Assembly (NCBI GenBank): GCA_024683955.1
Contig: JAIKXS010000042.1
Span: 5,681 to 69,680 of the forward strand
From: Desulfovibrio sp.
GTDB lineage: Bacteria; Desulfobacterota; Desulfovibrionia; Desulfovibrionales; Desulfovibrionaceae
Reading direction: 5' to 3'
Length of the DNA: 64,000 nt
The position numbers were made by a program, and so were the translations under genes. This document shows, in pieces, positions 18,786 through 27,412 of this stretch (the first letter of the stretch is position 1; each line of letters opens with the position of its first letter). The notes under the pieces are model-generated. The model ran no database searches, was not told the DNA's origin, and saw only the letters and a list, made by a program, of their open reading frames with translations.

Positions 18786-19433
18786 ATGCTCAACATTTCA
18801 GAACTGCTTGAATCCATCAAAGAATCGCCCTACCGCGATATTGTCATACGTACGCCCCATACAGGCTGTCTGAGTTTTCCCGACCTTGCCATCGGAGCGG
18901 AGGTTCACGGGCCCTCAAGCCAATGGAAAAACAAGCCCGGCACCCTCCTCGCCACCCTTGAACGGGAACGGAACCCGAAACCCATTCTGGCTCCGGAAAA
19001 AGGGGAGCTTGTTGAGCTGCACACCGAACTTGCAGGAACCTTTGTCGAGGCGCAGACAGCTGTCGCCACAATCCGACACAGGCTGACCCGTGAAGAGGTG
19101 GAGCACATAATACTCCAAAAAGCCCTTTTTCTTTTCCGCGCCCCCGAGCGTGCAAAATATTACTTCACCCCGGAAATGGACAAAAAAATCCATGCGACCG
19201 AGAGCCACTCGGTCAAGGTCCGTGACGGCATGGAACTGCTCATCATGTCGCGCATGAAGCGTGAGGTGCATCTGCAATATTCAGGGCCGGATGGCGTAAT
19301 CTATGCCATCTACTTCAAGTATAACGAAAATATTGATGCCGGCGCCCCCCTTATAGGTGTCTGCACCCAGGAACAGCTTCCTGCCATTCAGGAAGTCATT
19401 ATGCGTATCAAAACAGAATGGGCCGGGAGGTAA
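18786..19433 (+). CDS. Biotinyl/lipoyl-type (hybrid-barrel) domain protein; candidate non-canonical BCCP
   Basis: 215 aa. The C-terminal segment VKVRDGMELLIMSRMKREVHLQYSGPDGVIYAIYFKYNENIDAGAPLIGV follows the BCCP pattern G..L..IEAMK....I.A...G.V......G..V..G.PL, but carries SRMKRE in place of EAMKM. Confidence 0.6.
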   Translation: MLNISELLESIKESPYRDIVIRTPHTGCLSFPDLAIGAEVHGPSSQWKNKPGTLLATLERERNPKPILAPEKGELVELHTELAGTFVEAQTAVATIRHRLTREEVEHIILQKALFLFRAPERAKYYFTPEMDKKIHATESHSVKVRDGMELLIMSRMKREVHLQYSGPDGVIYAIYFKYNENIDAGAPLIGVCTQEQLPAIQEVIMRIKTEWAGR

Positions 19434-19434
19434 T

Positions 19435-19770
19435 ATGGGCGAAGCGCTGCAAATTCGCGTCAGTGCGGTCACATGGAACGAGGACCTTTTGGAAGAACTC
19501 TGGCCAAAACTGACAGATCTGGCCTTTTCCGTTCCAACCAAACACGAAAAGCACGGCGTGCTCGAAATGGTGAAGGCCCTCTCCGAAGGTCTGACTTTCA
19601 TGGATTGGTCAGAAGAACGCAAGGGAGCCCTTTCCGGGGGAATTCGAAAGGCCGATACCGTCAGAAAGAATCTTGAAACGGCTCTTGCGGACTGGCAGCC
19701 CAAAAAAGCCAATGAACTGAGTGTTGAGCTTGAAGCGATTCTGGATGAGCTTGAAAAGCACTTCAAATAG
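19435..19770 (+). CDS. Hypothetical protein (111 aa), last gene of the carboxylase cluster
   Basis: ATG 19435 lies 2 nt after the upstream stop, which suggests translational coupling. Acidic and helical-looking; no family recognised. Confidence 0.5.
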   Translation: MGEALQIRVSAVTWNEDLLEELWPKLTDLAFSVPTKHEKHGVLEMVKALSEGLTFMDWSEERKGALSGGIRKADTVRKNLETALADWQPKKANELSVELEAILDELEKHFK

Positions 19771-19830
19771 CGAAAGACACCGCACATATACGTTTTACCG
19801 CGAAACGAGAACAGGGAGCATGATAGAGAT

Positions 19831-20409
19831 ATGTTCAACAGAGTGATGATTATCGGGAGACTGGGACAGGATCCACAGCTGAAATACTCCCAGTCGGGTA
19901 GTCCCATTACAACCTTTTCCGTAGCAACAGATGAGAGTTTCATCGACCGCGACGGAACACGCCAGCAGCGGACCGAATGGTTCCGTGTGGTCGCTTTTCA
20001 GAAAATAGCGGAAAACTGCTCCCGCTACCTGCATAAAGGAAGCCTCGTATATGTGGAGGGAAGTCTGCAAACCCGCAAATGGCAGGATCAGCAAGGCAAT
20101 GAACGGACCATGGTTGAGGTGAGAGCACAGCGAGTGAGTTTCCTTGACCGCCGCCAACCTCAGGATGAATTCCAGCGCAGCGAAGGACAGGGGGGCATGG
20201 GAGAGAACGACTACGGGCAGCGTTCTTCCTACTCTGAAAACCGCTACTCACGCTATGAATCCTACCAAAACGATTCCGAGCCATCATCAAGCCCATACGG
20301 GGCTCCCGGACAGCGCTACGAACGTCAGCCCCACGGCCTGTCTGATGAACAGTTCGAACCTGCCGAAGACGGCGGAAGCGAATCCGCTCTCGATAAAGTA
20401 CCTTTTTAG
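19831..20409 (+). CDS. ssb: Single-stranded DNA-binding protein
   Basis: 192 aa. OB-fold N-terminus (MFNRVMIIGRLGQDPQLKY), a Gly/Gln/Ser/Tyr-rich linker and an acidic tip ending DKVPF. Confidence 0.95.
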   Translation: MFNRVMIIGRLGQDPQLKYSQSGSPITTFSVATDESFIDRDGTRQQRTEWFRVVAFQKIAENCSRYLHKGSLVYVEGSLQTRKWQDQQGNERTMVEVRAQRVSFLDRRQPQDEFQRSEGQGGMGENDYGQRSSYSENRYSRYESYQNDSEPSSSPYGAPGQRYERQPHGLSDEQFEPAEDGGSESALDKVPF

Positions 20410-20606
20410 CCCGATGCGTCCTTGACATTTTGTTCATTTTTTCACAAGATAAATCTGTTCGTTTTTTATTGCGTACAAAGTCCGATCCGGGCTTTAATGA
20501 AGCGTATTTTTTGTATCCATGACAACTTATTCCCTGTCGCTGGCGAACCGTTCTTATCTTGGTCCCCCGCGCACGGAAAGACACTCAAACGTTTGGAGGA
20601 TATCTC

Positions 20607-21875
20607 ATGTCTAAATTGGTACCCCCTCATGGCGGCAAGGGTCTTGTCTGCTGCCTTCTGGAAGGCAAGGCTCTTGAAGAAGAAAAAGCAAAAGCTGCTG
20701 GCTTGAAAAAGATCGAAATCTCCTCTCGCGCCAGGGGCGACCTTATCATGATGGGCATCGGTGGCTTCTCCCCCCTGAACGGCTTCATGAACAAAGCCGA
20801 TTGGAAAAGCGTTTGTGAAAAAATGCTCCTTTCTGACGGCACCTTCTGGCCCGTGCCCGTCACCCTTGATGTGAGCGCCGAAGACGCCAAGGACATCAAA
20901 GGCAAGGAAGTTGCTCTCGTACGCGACGGCGAACTCATGGCTACCATGAAAGTCGAAGACGTCTACGAAATGACTGAAGCCGACAAGAAATGGGAATGCG
21001 AACTGGTCTTCAAAGGTCAGGGCCCCGACTCCGAAAAATTCTGGGATATCGCTGAAAAAGACCATCCCGGTGTGAAAATGGTCATGGCGCAGAAGCAGTT
21101 CAACATCGGCGGTCCCGTCAAAGTTCTTTCTCAGGGCGACTTCCCCGAGAAATTCAAGGGCGTCTACAAGACCCCCAAGGAACTGCGTGAAGAAATGGAT
21201 AAACGCGGCTGGAAAAAAGTTGCCGCTCTCCAGCTCCGTAACCCCATGCACCGCTCTCACGAATACCTCGCCAAACTTGGCGTCGAAACCTGCGACGGCG
21301 TTGTGATCCACTCTCTCGTGGGCGCTCTGAAGCCCGGTGACATTCCGGCTGAAGTCCGCGTGAAATGCATCGACACACTCGTGGAAAAATACTTCGTGAA
21401 GGAAAACGTCATTCAGGCTGGCTATCCGCTTGACATGCGCTATGCCGGACCCCGTGAAGCCCTTCTTCACGCCACCTTCCGTCAGAACTACGGCATCAAC
21501 AACCAGCTTGTCGGCCGTGACCATGCCGGTGTTGGCGACTTCTACGGCATGTTTGAAGCTCAGGAAATCTTCGACAAGATTCCCCAGCCCGAAGATCCCG
21601 GCAAACGCCTGCTCTGCGAACCCATGAAGATTGACTGGACCTTCTACTGCAAAAAGTGCGACGGCATGGCCTCCATGCGTACATGCCCCCACAGCAAGGA
21701 AGACCGCGTCATTCTCTCCGGTACAAAACTCCGCAAAATGCTTTCCGAAAAAGCTGAAGTGCCGGATCATTTTGGCCGCGAAGAAGTTCTCGTCATCCTG
21801 CGCGAGTACTATGAAGGTCTTACCGAAAAAGTCGAGATCAAAATGCAGCGTGCCGCCTCAGGTTCAACGATGTAG
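20607..21875 (+). CDS. sat: Sulfate adenylyltransferase (ATP sulfurylase)
   Basis: ORF 20559-21875 trimmed to [10 protein letters not shown] (ATG 20607, GGAGGA RBS). The [11 protein letters not shown] and GRDHAGVG motifs are diagnostic. Confidence 0.95.
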   Translation: MSKLVPPHGGKGLVCCLLEGKALEEEKAKAAGLKKIEISSRARGDLIMMGIGGFSPLNGFMNKADWKSVCEKMLLSDGTFWPVPVTLDVSAEDAKDIKGKEVALVRDGELMATMKVEDVYEMTEADKKWECELVFKGQGPDSEKFWDIAEKDHPGVKMVMAQKQFNIGGPVKVLSQGDFPEKFKGVYKTPKELREEMDKRGWKKVAALQLRNPMHRSHEYLAKLGVETCDGVVIHSLVGALKPGDIPAEVRVKCIDTLVEKYFVKENVIQAGYPLDMRYAGPREALLHATFRQNYGINNQLVGRDHAGVGDFYGMFEAQEIFDKIPQPEDPGKRLLCEPMKIDWTFYCKKCDGMASMRTCPHSKEDRVILSGTKLRKMLSEKAEVPDHFGREEVLVILREYYEGLTEKVEIKMQRAASGSTM

Positions 21876-21905
21876 TTGACAGAACGGCGAATCAATTGTC
21901 TCATA

Positions 21906-21942
21906 AGCCCCCTGAGGTATCCCCGAAGGGGGCTTTTTATTG
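21906..21942 (+). terminator. Intrinsic terminator after sat
   Basis: AAGCCCCCT / AGGGGGCTT 9-bp stem followed by TTTTTATT. Confidence 0.75.
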
Positions 21943-21994
21943 ACCTTATTTTTTCCGGACAGAACCCTTTCTCGTTGCTGACACGTATCGTAGT

Positions 21995-23014
21995 ATGAAG
22001 CAAAAAAAATCTATCGCCGTTCAATCGCTTCTCTGCACCCTGCTAGGCGCTGTTTTCTGCTTTTGGACCGTACAGGGAAACGACGTAAACTTTTGTCACA
22101 CAGCGGGCTGCACGCTCTATCAGGATCTTCGTATTGCCGGCTTTTCACTGTGGTGGTTTGGCCTTCTTGCCTTTCTTGTCGCGACTTTCCTGACACTTCT
22201 CGCCCCCCTCTCCCTGGCCCTTGTCTTTTTGGGTATGGTCCTTTTTTGCGACCTGGGGCTTCTTCTCCTTATGTCCGTCACGGCCCCGTGCATGAACTGT
22301 CTGGGGGTCGCCATTCTTTTCGCGTTGGGCTATCAGGGGCTCTTACGCGTCTATAACCACGAAAACGGCTTGCCCAAATCCCGATCCTTCCTCCTTACGG
22401 CGTGGCTCATTCTTTTCTCCATCAATGCGGGAAACGTTCTTCGCCTTGAAGCCGGCCCCTGGCCGATGCTTGGAGAAAAAGACGCCAGTGTACACATTTT
22501 CTTCTCCCCGTCCTGCGCGCATTGCCGGGATGCCATCAGTTTTTACGGAGGAAGCGTTAATGTCGCCTTTTATCCCGTCGCAGAAAATGAAGGGGATATC
22601 TACCGCATTAAGGCCATGGAAGACCTGCTGAAAAGCGACGTTCCCATTGAAGAGGCGCTGGCAAAAAGCAGAAACGCAGAGCCATGGCCGTTCCTTGCAC
22701 ACTGCAGGCCGGAGAATCTCCTTCTCTCGTTCCGCCTCATCGTCAATAAGGCTCACGTTTTCAGTTCCGATTCAAAAGGGGTCCCGTTTCTTGAATTCCG
22801 GGGTGTGCCGAAACATGTGGCAAAGGAGCTGAAAAAACGCCGTATGGAAAGCCTAGAAGGGCCCGCCGCTTCAACCGTCGGGGGGGTAAATTCTGAGCTA
22901 AACGCAGCCCCCCCGCCAGCCAAAGGAAAAGAGCAGGATCTCACGGGAGACGTCCTTGATCTCTTTCAAGACGAAGCGTACGGCCAATGTAAGGAATCAA
23001 CGCCCTGCCCATAA
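21995..23014 (+). CDS. Vitamin K epoxide reductase (VKOR)-like membrane domain fused to a thioredoxin-like domain
   Basis: 339 aa with 4-5 predicted TM helices. There is a loop Cys pair (FCHTAGC), an in-membrane CxxC (APCMNCLG), then a soluble domain with CxxC (SPSCAHC). Confidence 0.65.
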   Translation: MKQKKSIAVQSLLCTLLGAVFCFWTVQGNDVNFCHTAGCTLYQDLRIAGFSLWWFGLLAFLVATFLTLLAPLSLALVFLGMVLFCDLGLLLLMSVTAPCMNCLGVAILFALGYQGLLRVYNHENGLPKSRSFLLTAWLILFSINAGNVLRLEAGPWPMLGEKDASVHIFFSPSCAHCRDAISFYGGSVNVAFYPVAENEGDIYRIKAMEDLLKSDVPIEEALAKSRNAEPWPFLAHCRPENLLLSFRLIVNKAHVFSSDSKGVPFLEFRGVPKHVAKELKKRRMESLEGPAASTVGGVNSELNAAPPPAKGKEQDLTGDVLDLFQDEAYGQCKESTPCP

Positions 23015-23376
23015 TAAAAAACTGTGACGAACCATGCCCAGGAGGCAGGTGTCACAGTCTTCTTTTCATACTGGCCGCCGCGTTTCTCCCGCCTTTCCCA
23101 ATGAATGCCAACGGTTTTCAACGGGAGATGTGCCTTTTGCTGCATTCGGCGGCCCGTGAATAACGGGGAACCACTATCCACCTCTTACGCTGCAAGTAAA
23201 ACCATTACCCGACCTAACGGAAAAGCGGGCCATGCAACGGATCACCTTCTTTTGGAGAACAGACCCGACGTCGTTCTCATCTGCCGTACAGAAAAATATG
23301 TCTTCCAGCATGCCCATGCCTGACAACACGGCGTACGTACAAACGGCCGCCTTTCAGAAGAACGCACAGTTCATGC

Positions 23377-23706
23377 TCAGATAAAGAGCCCGGGCTCCTC
23401 ACGGATAAGATTAGCGGCAATCATGGCGCTGTCGGGCTTGTATGTGCCGTTCTGCACCTGGATACGCAACTGCTCAACCCGCTCGCTGCGCACATCCGGA
23501 GCCGTCTGCGCTGCTTTTGCGGCTTCGGAGAGCAATCTCGCATCTTGGGATACGCTCACGCTGTCAGAGGGATTGAGTCCTTTCTCAAAAGGCCTTTCTC
23601 CGGCTTTTTCTTTGACTGTCTGGCTGCGCTCTACTTCTGAAAGCCCTTCCGCCCCGGAAAGCATCCCGTTTGTCATACCGGTTTCGGACGATATTTCAAG
23701 ACCCAT
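23377..23706 (-). CDS. flgM: Anti-sigma-28 factor FlgM
   Basis: Trimmed to MGLEISS (ATG 23706, GGAGAA RBS). The C-terminal segment VRSERVEQLRIQVQNGTYKPDSAMIAANLI is the FlgM signature region. Confidence 0.8.
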   Translation of the reverse strand: MGLEISSETGMTNGMLSGAEGLSEVERSQTVKEKAGERPFEKGLNPSDSVSVSQDARLLSEAAKAAQTAPDVRSERVEQLRIQVQNGTYKPDSAMIAANLIREEPGLFI

Positions 23707-23707
23707 A

Positions 23708-24166
23708 TTAGTTCTCCAGGCTCGAATGTTCTGCCTCATGTTCTTCGAGCATACTAGCGTCTATCTTTTCGCGTGTCACCCTAAGAAGGGAGGAACGAAC
23801 AACCCGCTGTTCCTCCTCGGTAAGGGCAATGTTTCCCGAAGGCCCGGCCTTAACAATTCGAAGACGCTTGCCGGGAGGATAGGTGAAGCGCAGGGGGATG
23901 CCAACAACCCGGGACAGTTCCTTTCTGATCTCTTCAATTATGGGGTTGTCGCCGCCCGTGTAAATCAGACACTCGTAAATTTCGCGAGTGACCTTCTCCA
24001 CATAGATTCTGCGCTTGATGGAAGGATCGGGATCTTCCGGACTCTGGCCGTTGGCACGACGAAGCCTCTCGCGAAAACGCGCAAGACGCCTTGCAGCAAG
24101 TAGCTGCTGCTCATAGCGCATAAGCATCATGCGCACGCGCGCTGTTGCTTCGGATACGTCGCTCAT
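23708..24166 (-). CDS. Hypothetical protein co-transcribed with flgM (FlgM-associated)
   Basis: Trimmed to MSDVSEAT (ATG 24166, AGAGG RBS). Its stop lies 1 nt before the flgM start. No catalytic motif recognised. Confidence 0.6.
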   Translation of the reverse strand: MSDVSEATARVRMMLMRYEQQLLAARRLARFRERLRRANGQSPEDPDPSIKRRIYVEKVTREIYECLIYTGGDNPIIEEIRKELSRVVGIPLRFTYPPGKRLRIVKAGPSGNIALTEEEQRVVRSSLLRVTREKIDASMLEEHEAEHSSLEN

Positions 24167-24182
24167 GGGAACCTCTTGTCTC

Positions 24183-24209
24183 TTATCGACATAGGCCAAA
24201 AAAACTTTA
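24183..24209 (-). promoter_or_regulatory. Sigma-28 (FliA)-type promoter candidate
   Basis: The minus strand reads TAAA-N15-GTCGATAA, against the consensus TAAA-N15-GCCGATAA. The -10 element ends 17 nt upstream of ATG 24166. Confidence 0.5.
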
Positions 24210-24288
24210 GAGTTTATTGGATGAAACGATATGATTTTTTAAACTGATGGCCGGCTGTGCCGGAGACAAAAGGATGATCATCAAGACG

Positions 24289-25176
24289 TCAGGCACGCTC
24301 TTTCGGCATAAGCCCTGTCAGTCTCGCCAATTCCAGACAAATTTCGGCCCTGTTGAGGGTGTAAAGGTGCACTCCTGGCGCTCCAGCATCAAGAAGACGG
24401 CGTATTTCATCCGCTGCAAAACGGATTCCGGCTTCTCGAACGGCTTCTGCCCCGCCCTTCTGATCGGCTTCTTCAAGAGCCAGATACAGTTTTCCGGGAA
24501 TATGTGCCCCGCTCAGGGAAAGAATACGTCTAAGGCTCCCGATACTTTGTATGGTCAAAATACCGGGGATAATGGGTTGATTGCAGTTGTGTTTCCTTAC
24601 GCGATCCACCATGGCCACATATTCGCGCACATCAAAAAAAAGCTGCGTTACCGCGAAATCAGCCCCCTTTGAAAGCTTTTCCGCCAGAAAATACCTGTCC
24701 GCTGCGTAGGATTCCGATTCAGGATGAGGGGTCGGATAGGCGGCAACACCTATCCCCATGGATGGGAACTCATTGCGGATAAAATGCACAAGATCACTGG
24801 CATGCCTGAAGTGCATGTTCTCTGGAACAATGGTGGTGTCCTTCGGGGGATCTCCGCGCAACGCAAGGACATTCATGACGCCAGCCTTCTCTAGGGCCTG
24901 CAAAAAGGCACGAATCCGTTCCTCCGTTGCCCCTATGCAGGTGAGATGGGCCATCGTTGTAAGCCCCATCTCACAAATTTTCGCTGTAACGGCAAGCGTC
25001 CGGTCCTGTTTTGAACCACCGGCACCATAGGTCACTGAAGCGAAAAGCGGATCAAGAGTTTTAAGTGTGCTGACGACCTCATAAAAAGGCGGAAGCTGAG
25101 CGTCTTCCGCCGGAGGAAAAAATTCCAAAGAAAGAAAAGGCGTCTTCCTTGACTCAAGAAGTGCTCCGATATGCAT
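24289..25176 (-). CDS. metF: Methylenetetrahydrofolate reductase
   Basis: 295 aa. SLEFFPP, VTYGAGG and LRGDPP motifs typical of MetF. Confidence 0.9.
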   Translation of the reverse strand: MHIGALLESRKTPFLSLEFFPPAEDAQLPPFYEVVSTLKTLDPLFASVTYGAGGSKQDRTLAVTAKICEMGLTTMAHLTCIGATEERIRAFLQALEKAGVMNVLALRGDPPKDTTIVPENMHFRHASDLVHFIRNEFPSMGIGVAAYPTPHPESESYAADRYFLAEKLSKGADFAVTQLFFDVREYVAMVDRVRKHNCNQPIIPGILTIQSIGSLRRILSLSGAHIPGKLYLALEEADQKGGAEAVREAGIRFAADEIRRLLDAGAPGVHLYTLNRAEICLELARLTGLMPKERA

Positions 25177-25357
25177 GGGAATATCCTTAGTAAAAAGGTG
25201 GGATGAACGGCTTCAGGCTTTTTGGATGCGTTCGCTGTATTTTCGGCGTCGACAATTCTGTCGAAAAAAACGGGACACAAGGAGCTTTGACATTCTCTAA
25301 AATTCTGCCATGATTCCAGATGAAAAGCGAGAAAAGTCGACTTTTCAAGGAGAAGAT

Positions 25358-26242
25358 ATGTGGCGTTTGACACGGGTACTCCACTCGTTGTTCGGTATCC
25401 ATTCCCGTTGTACTCTTTTCTTCCTCTCCGTTCTTCTGATCTTTCCCTTAAGCACGGCAGTCATTCGCGTTGCCCACGCAAAAAGTTCCTCTTCCTCTGT
25501 CAGAACTGTCCTTGATGAAGGGCTCACTCTGCAGGAGTTTCCCTTTATGGGAAGGGAAAAAGGGCTCATTATCGTCCGCATCGATCCTTCTCTGTACCAT
25601 TTTGAGCTCGTGCAGGCGCGCTTTGAGGATAAACAGCTCCGAACGGTGAAGGAATGGGCAGGCATCAAGGGTCTTGATGCGGCCATCAACGCCAGCATGT
25701 TTCAAAAGGACGGGCTCACAAGCACTGGGTACATGCGCGGGGAAAAAAAGATCAACAACCCCAAAATGCATAGGCGGTTCGGTGCTTTCTTTGTGGCACA
25801 GCCGCGAAAAAGCCGCGAAAACGAAAATCGTGCCCTGCCCTACGCCGATATTTTAGAACGTGATACGCCGAAACTCAATGACCTGCTTGGCCGCTACGGC
25901 ATTGTTATCCAGAATTTCCGTCTCATCAGCGCTGAACGGAAAAACTGCTGGTCCCCCGCAGGCCCCAGGTTTACCGTCGCCTGTGTCGGAAAAGACGGGA
26001 CGGGTGCCATTCTTTTTATTTTTGGGACCCTGCCGTCAACCCCGTATGAAGTTGCCGAAACCCTTTTGCGGCTTCCCCTTGACATACGGACAACCATGTA
26101 TGTGGAGGGGGGGCTTGAAGCCGAACTTTTTGTCAAAGCAGGCGGGGAGGCCTCGGAACGATTTTTATCCTTTCTGCGTTTTTTCGCGGGCGTGCCCAAT
26201 ATTCTTGGCGCGAAAAAAAGAACTCGGCTGAACACAGATTGA
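25358..26242 (+). CDS. Secreted protein, phosphodiester glycosidase (DUF2233)-like
   Basis: Trimmed to MWRLTRV (ATG 25358, AAGGAGAAG RBS). Signal peptide ending VAHA. The family call rests on overall pattern (..INASMF..DG...GY....) and is tentative. Confidence 0.55.
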   Translation: MWRLTRVLHSLFGIHSRCTLFFLSVLLIFPLSTAVIRVAHAKSSSSSVRTVLDEGLTLQEFPFMGREKGLIIVRIDPSLYHFELVQARFEDKQLRTVKEWAGIKGLDAAINASMFQKDGLTSTGYMRGEKKINNPKMHRRFGAFFVAQPRKSRENENRALPYADILERDTPKLNDLLGRYGIVIQNFRLISAERKNCWSPAGPRFTVACVGKDGTGAILFIFGTLPSTPYEVAETLLRLPLDIRTTMYVEGGLEAELFVKAGGEASERFLSFLRFFAGVPNILGAKKRTRLNTD

Positions 26243-26566
26243 GGAGCGCTACCCTTATCAGGCACTGTTTTCTTGCTTTTCACCCTCGTCTAAGCTAAAA
26301 AATATGAATGCGCCTGCGCGTGATCCCCATATGCTGCCCGCGGTCCTTCTGGCAGAATATGCCGTGTTTCATGGGAAGAGGAGAGAACGACTTCTGTGAT
26401 ACGGTAGGCCTTCGTAAGGAAAAGGCCAGAACAGCTCGGCACAATCTCGTTGCACGTGAAAGAGGAATGCGTGTGGACCAGGTATTTCGTTAGTAAATAT
26501 CAGGGACCATGGACCGCCCTTTCCAAGGACATGGCGTGAATGTCAGGCCCCCAAAGGAGAGAAACT

Positions 26567-26947
26567 ATGCCCAAGAAACGCGAAGTGTACAAATGTCTTG
26601 TCTGTGGCACCATCATGGAGATTCTCCACGACGGGACCGCTGTCCCCACATGCTGTGGGCAGCCTATGCAGCAGCTTGTTGAAGGCTCGGTTGACGCGGC
26701 AAAGGAAAAACATGTGCCGGTTCTCGAAAAGCAGGACGGCGGATACAAGGTCAGCGTGGGAAGCGCTGCTCATCCTATGATGGACGCCCATTACATTCAG
26801 TGGATTGAGCTCATCACCGAAAAAGGTCTGCAACGTATCGAGCTTGCTCCAGGTGATGCGCCAGAGGCTTTCTTCCCGTGTACCGAGGAAAAAGTGTGCG
26901 CCCGTGCCTACTGCAACCTGCACGGACTCTGGAAGGCCGAAAACTAA
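26567..26947 (+). CDS. dfx: Desulfoferrodoxin (superoxide reductase, 2Fe-SOR)
   Basis: 126 aa from [14 protein letters not shown] (AAAGGAGAG RBS). It has centre I Cys ligands (CxxC..CC) and centre II His/Cys ligands. This is the classic rbo position upstream of rub-roo. Confidence 0.95.
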   Translation: MPKKREVYKCLVCGTIMEILHDGTAVPTCCGQPMQQLVEGSVDAAKEKHVPVLEKQDGGYKVSVGSAAHPMMDAHYIQWIELITEKGLQRIELAPGDAPEAFFPCTEEKVCARAYCNLHGLWKAEN

Positions 26948-27040
26948 AAAGCTTCTCCGACCTTCCTTATCTCATGCTTACCCCTAACCAAGTCCCCAAG
27001 GAGGCAGCGGAACGCATATGCTGCGTACGCTGAAGAAACT

Positions 27041-27184
27041 ATGCAAAAATATGTCTGCACCATCTGTGGCCACGTGTACGATCCTGCCGAAAACGACAAT
27101 GTCGCCTTTGAAAACCTTCCCGATGATTGGGTCTGCCCTGTCTGCGGTGTAGGTAAGGATCAGTTCGAACCGGCTGACGACTAG
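27041..27184 (+). CDS. rub: Rubredoxin (short, 47 aa)
   Basis: Not in the ORF track (under 60 aa). My translation is [47 protein letters not shown], with the two CxxCG knuckles. Confidence 0.9.
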   Translation: MQKYVCTICGHVYDPAENDNVAFENLPDDWVCPVCGVGKDQFEPADD

Positions 27185-27412
27185 GGTTCGACCTCATTAA
27201 AAATACCAGATAAGCTGGGGGATATTGGGATGCGGTCCCGATATTTTCCAGCTTTTATTATTGAGAAGCGCCGCTTCTTCAGAAGGCCCTGCCGGAGTTC
27301 TTACGCTTCCGGCCGAAAAGCGCTTGCTTTTCACCCACCTGTTTTGTACTTTTTCTTTTTGTGCAAGATACAACTCTTTATTACATCCAACTCTTTTTAC
27401 AAAGGATGATTC

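Noticed and set aside
20466-21770. 434-aa ORF on the minus strand
   Set aside because: It lies entirely antisense to sat, which has diagnostic motifs. Its composition (Phe/Gly/His/Val-rich) is the mirror image of the sat codons, so it is a shadow ORF.
27182-27200. GGGTTCGACC motif resembling a tRNA T-arm
   Set aside because: There is no acceptor stem, D-arm or anticodon arm around it. It is the rubredoxin stop region. I found no tRNA-like cloverleaf anywhere in the window.
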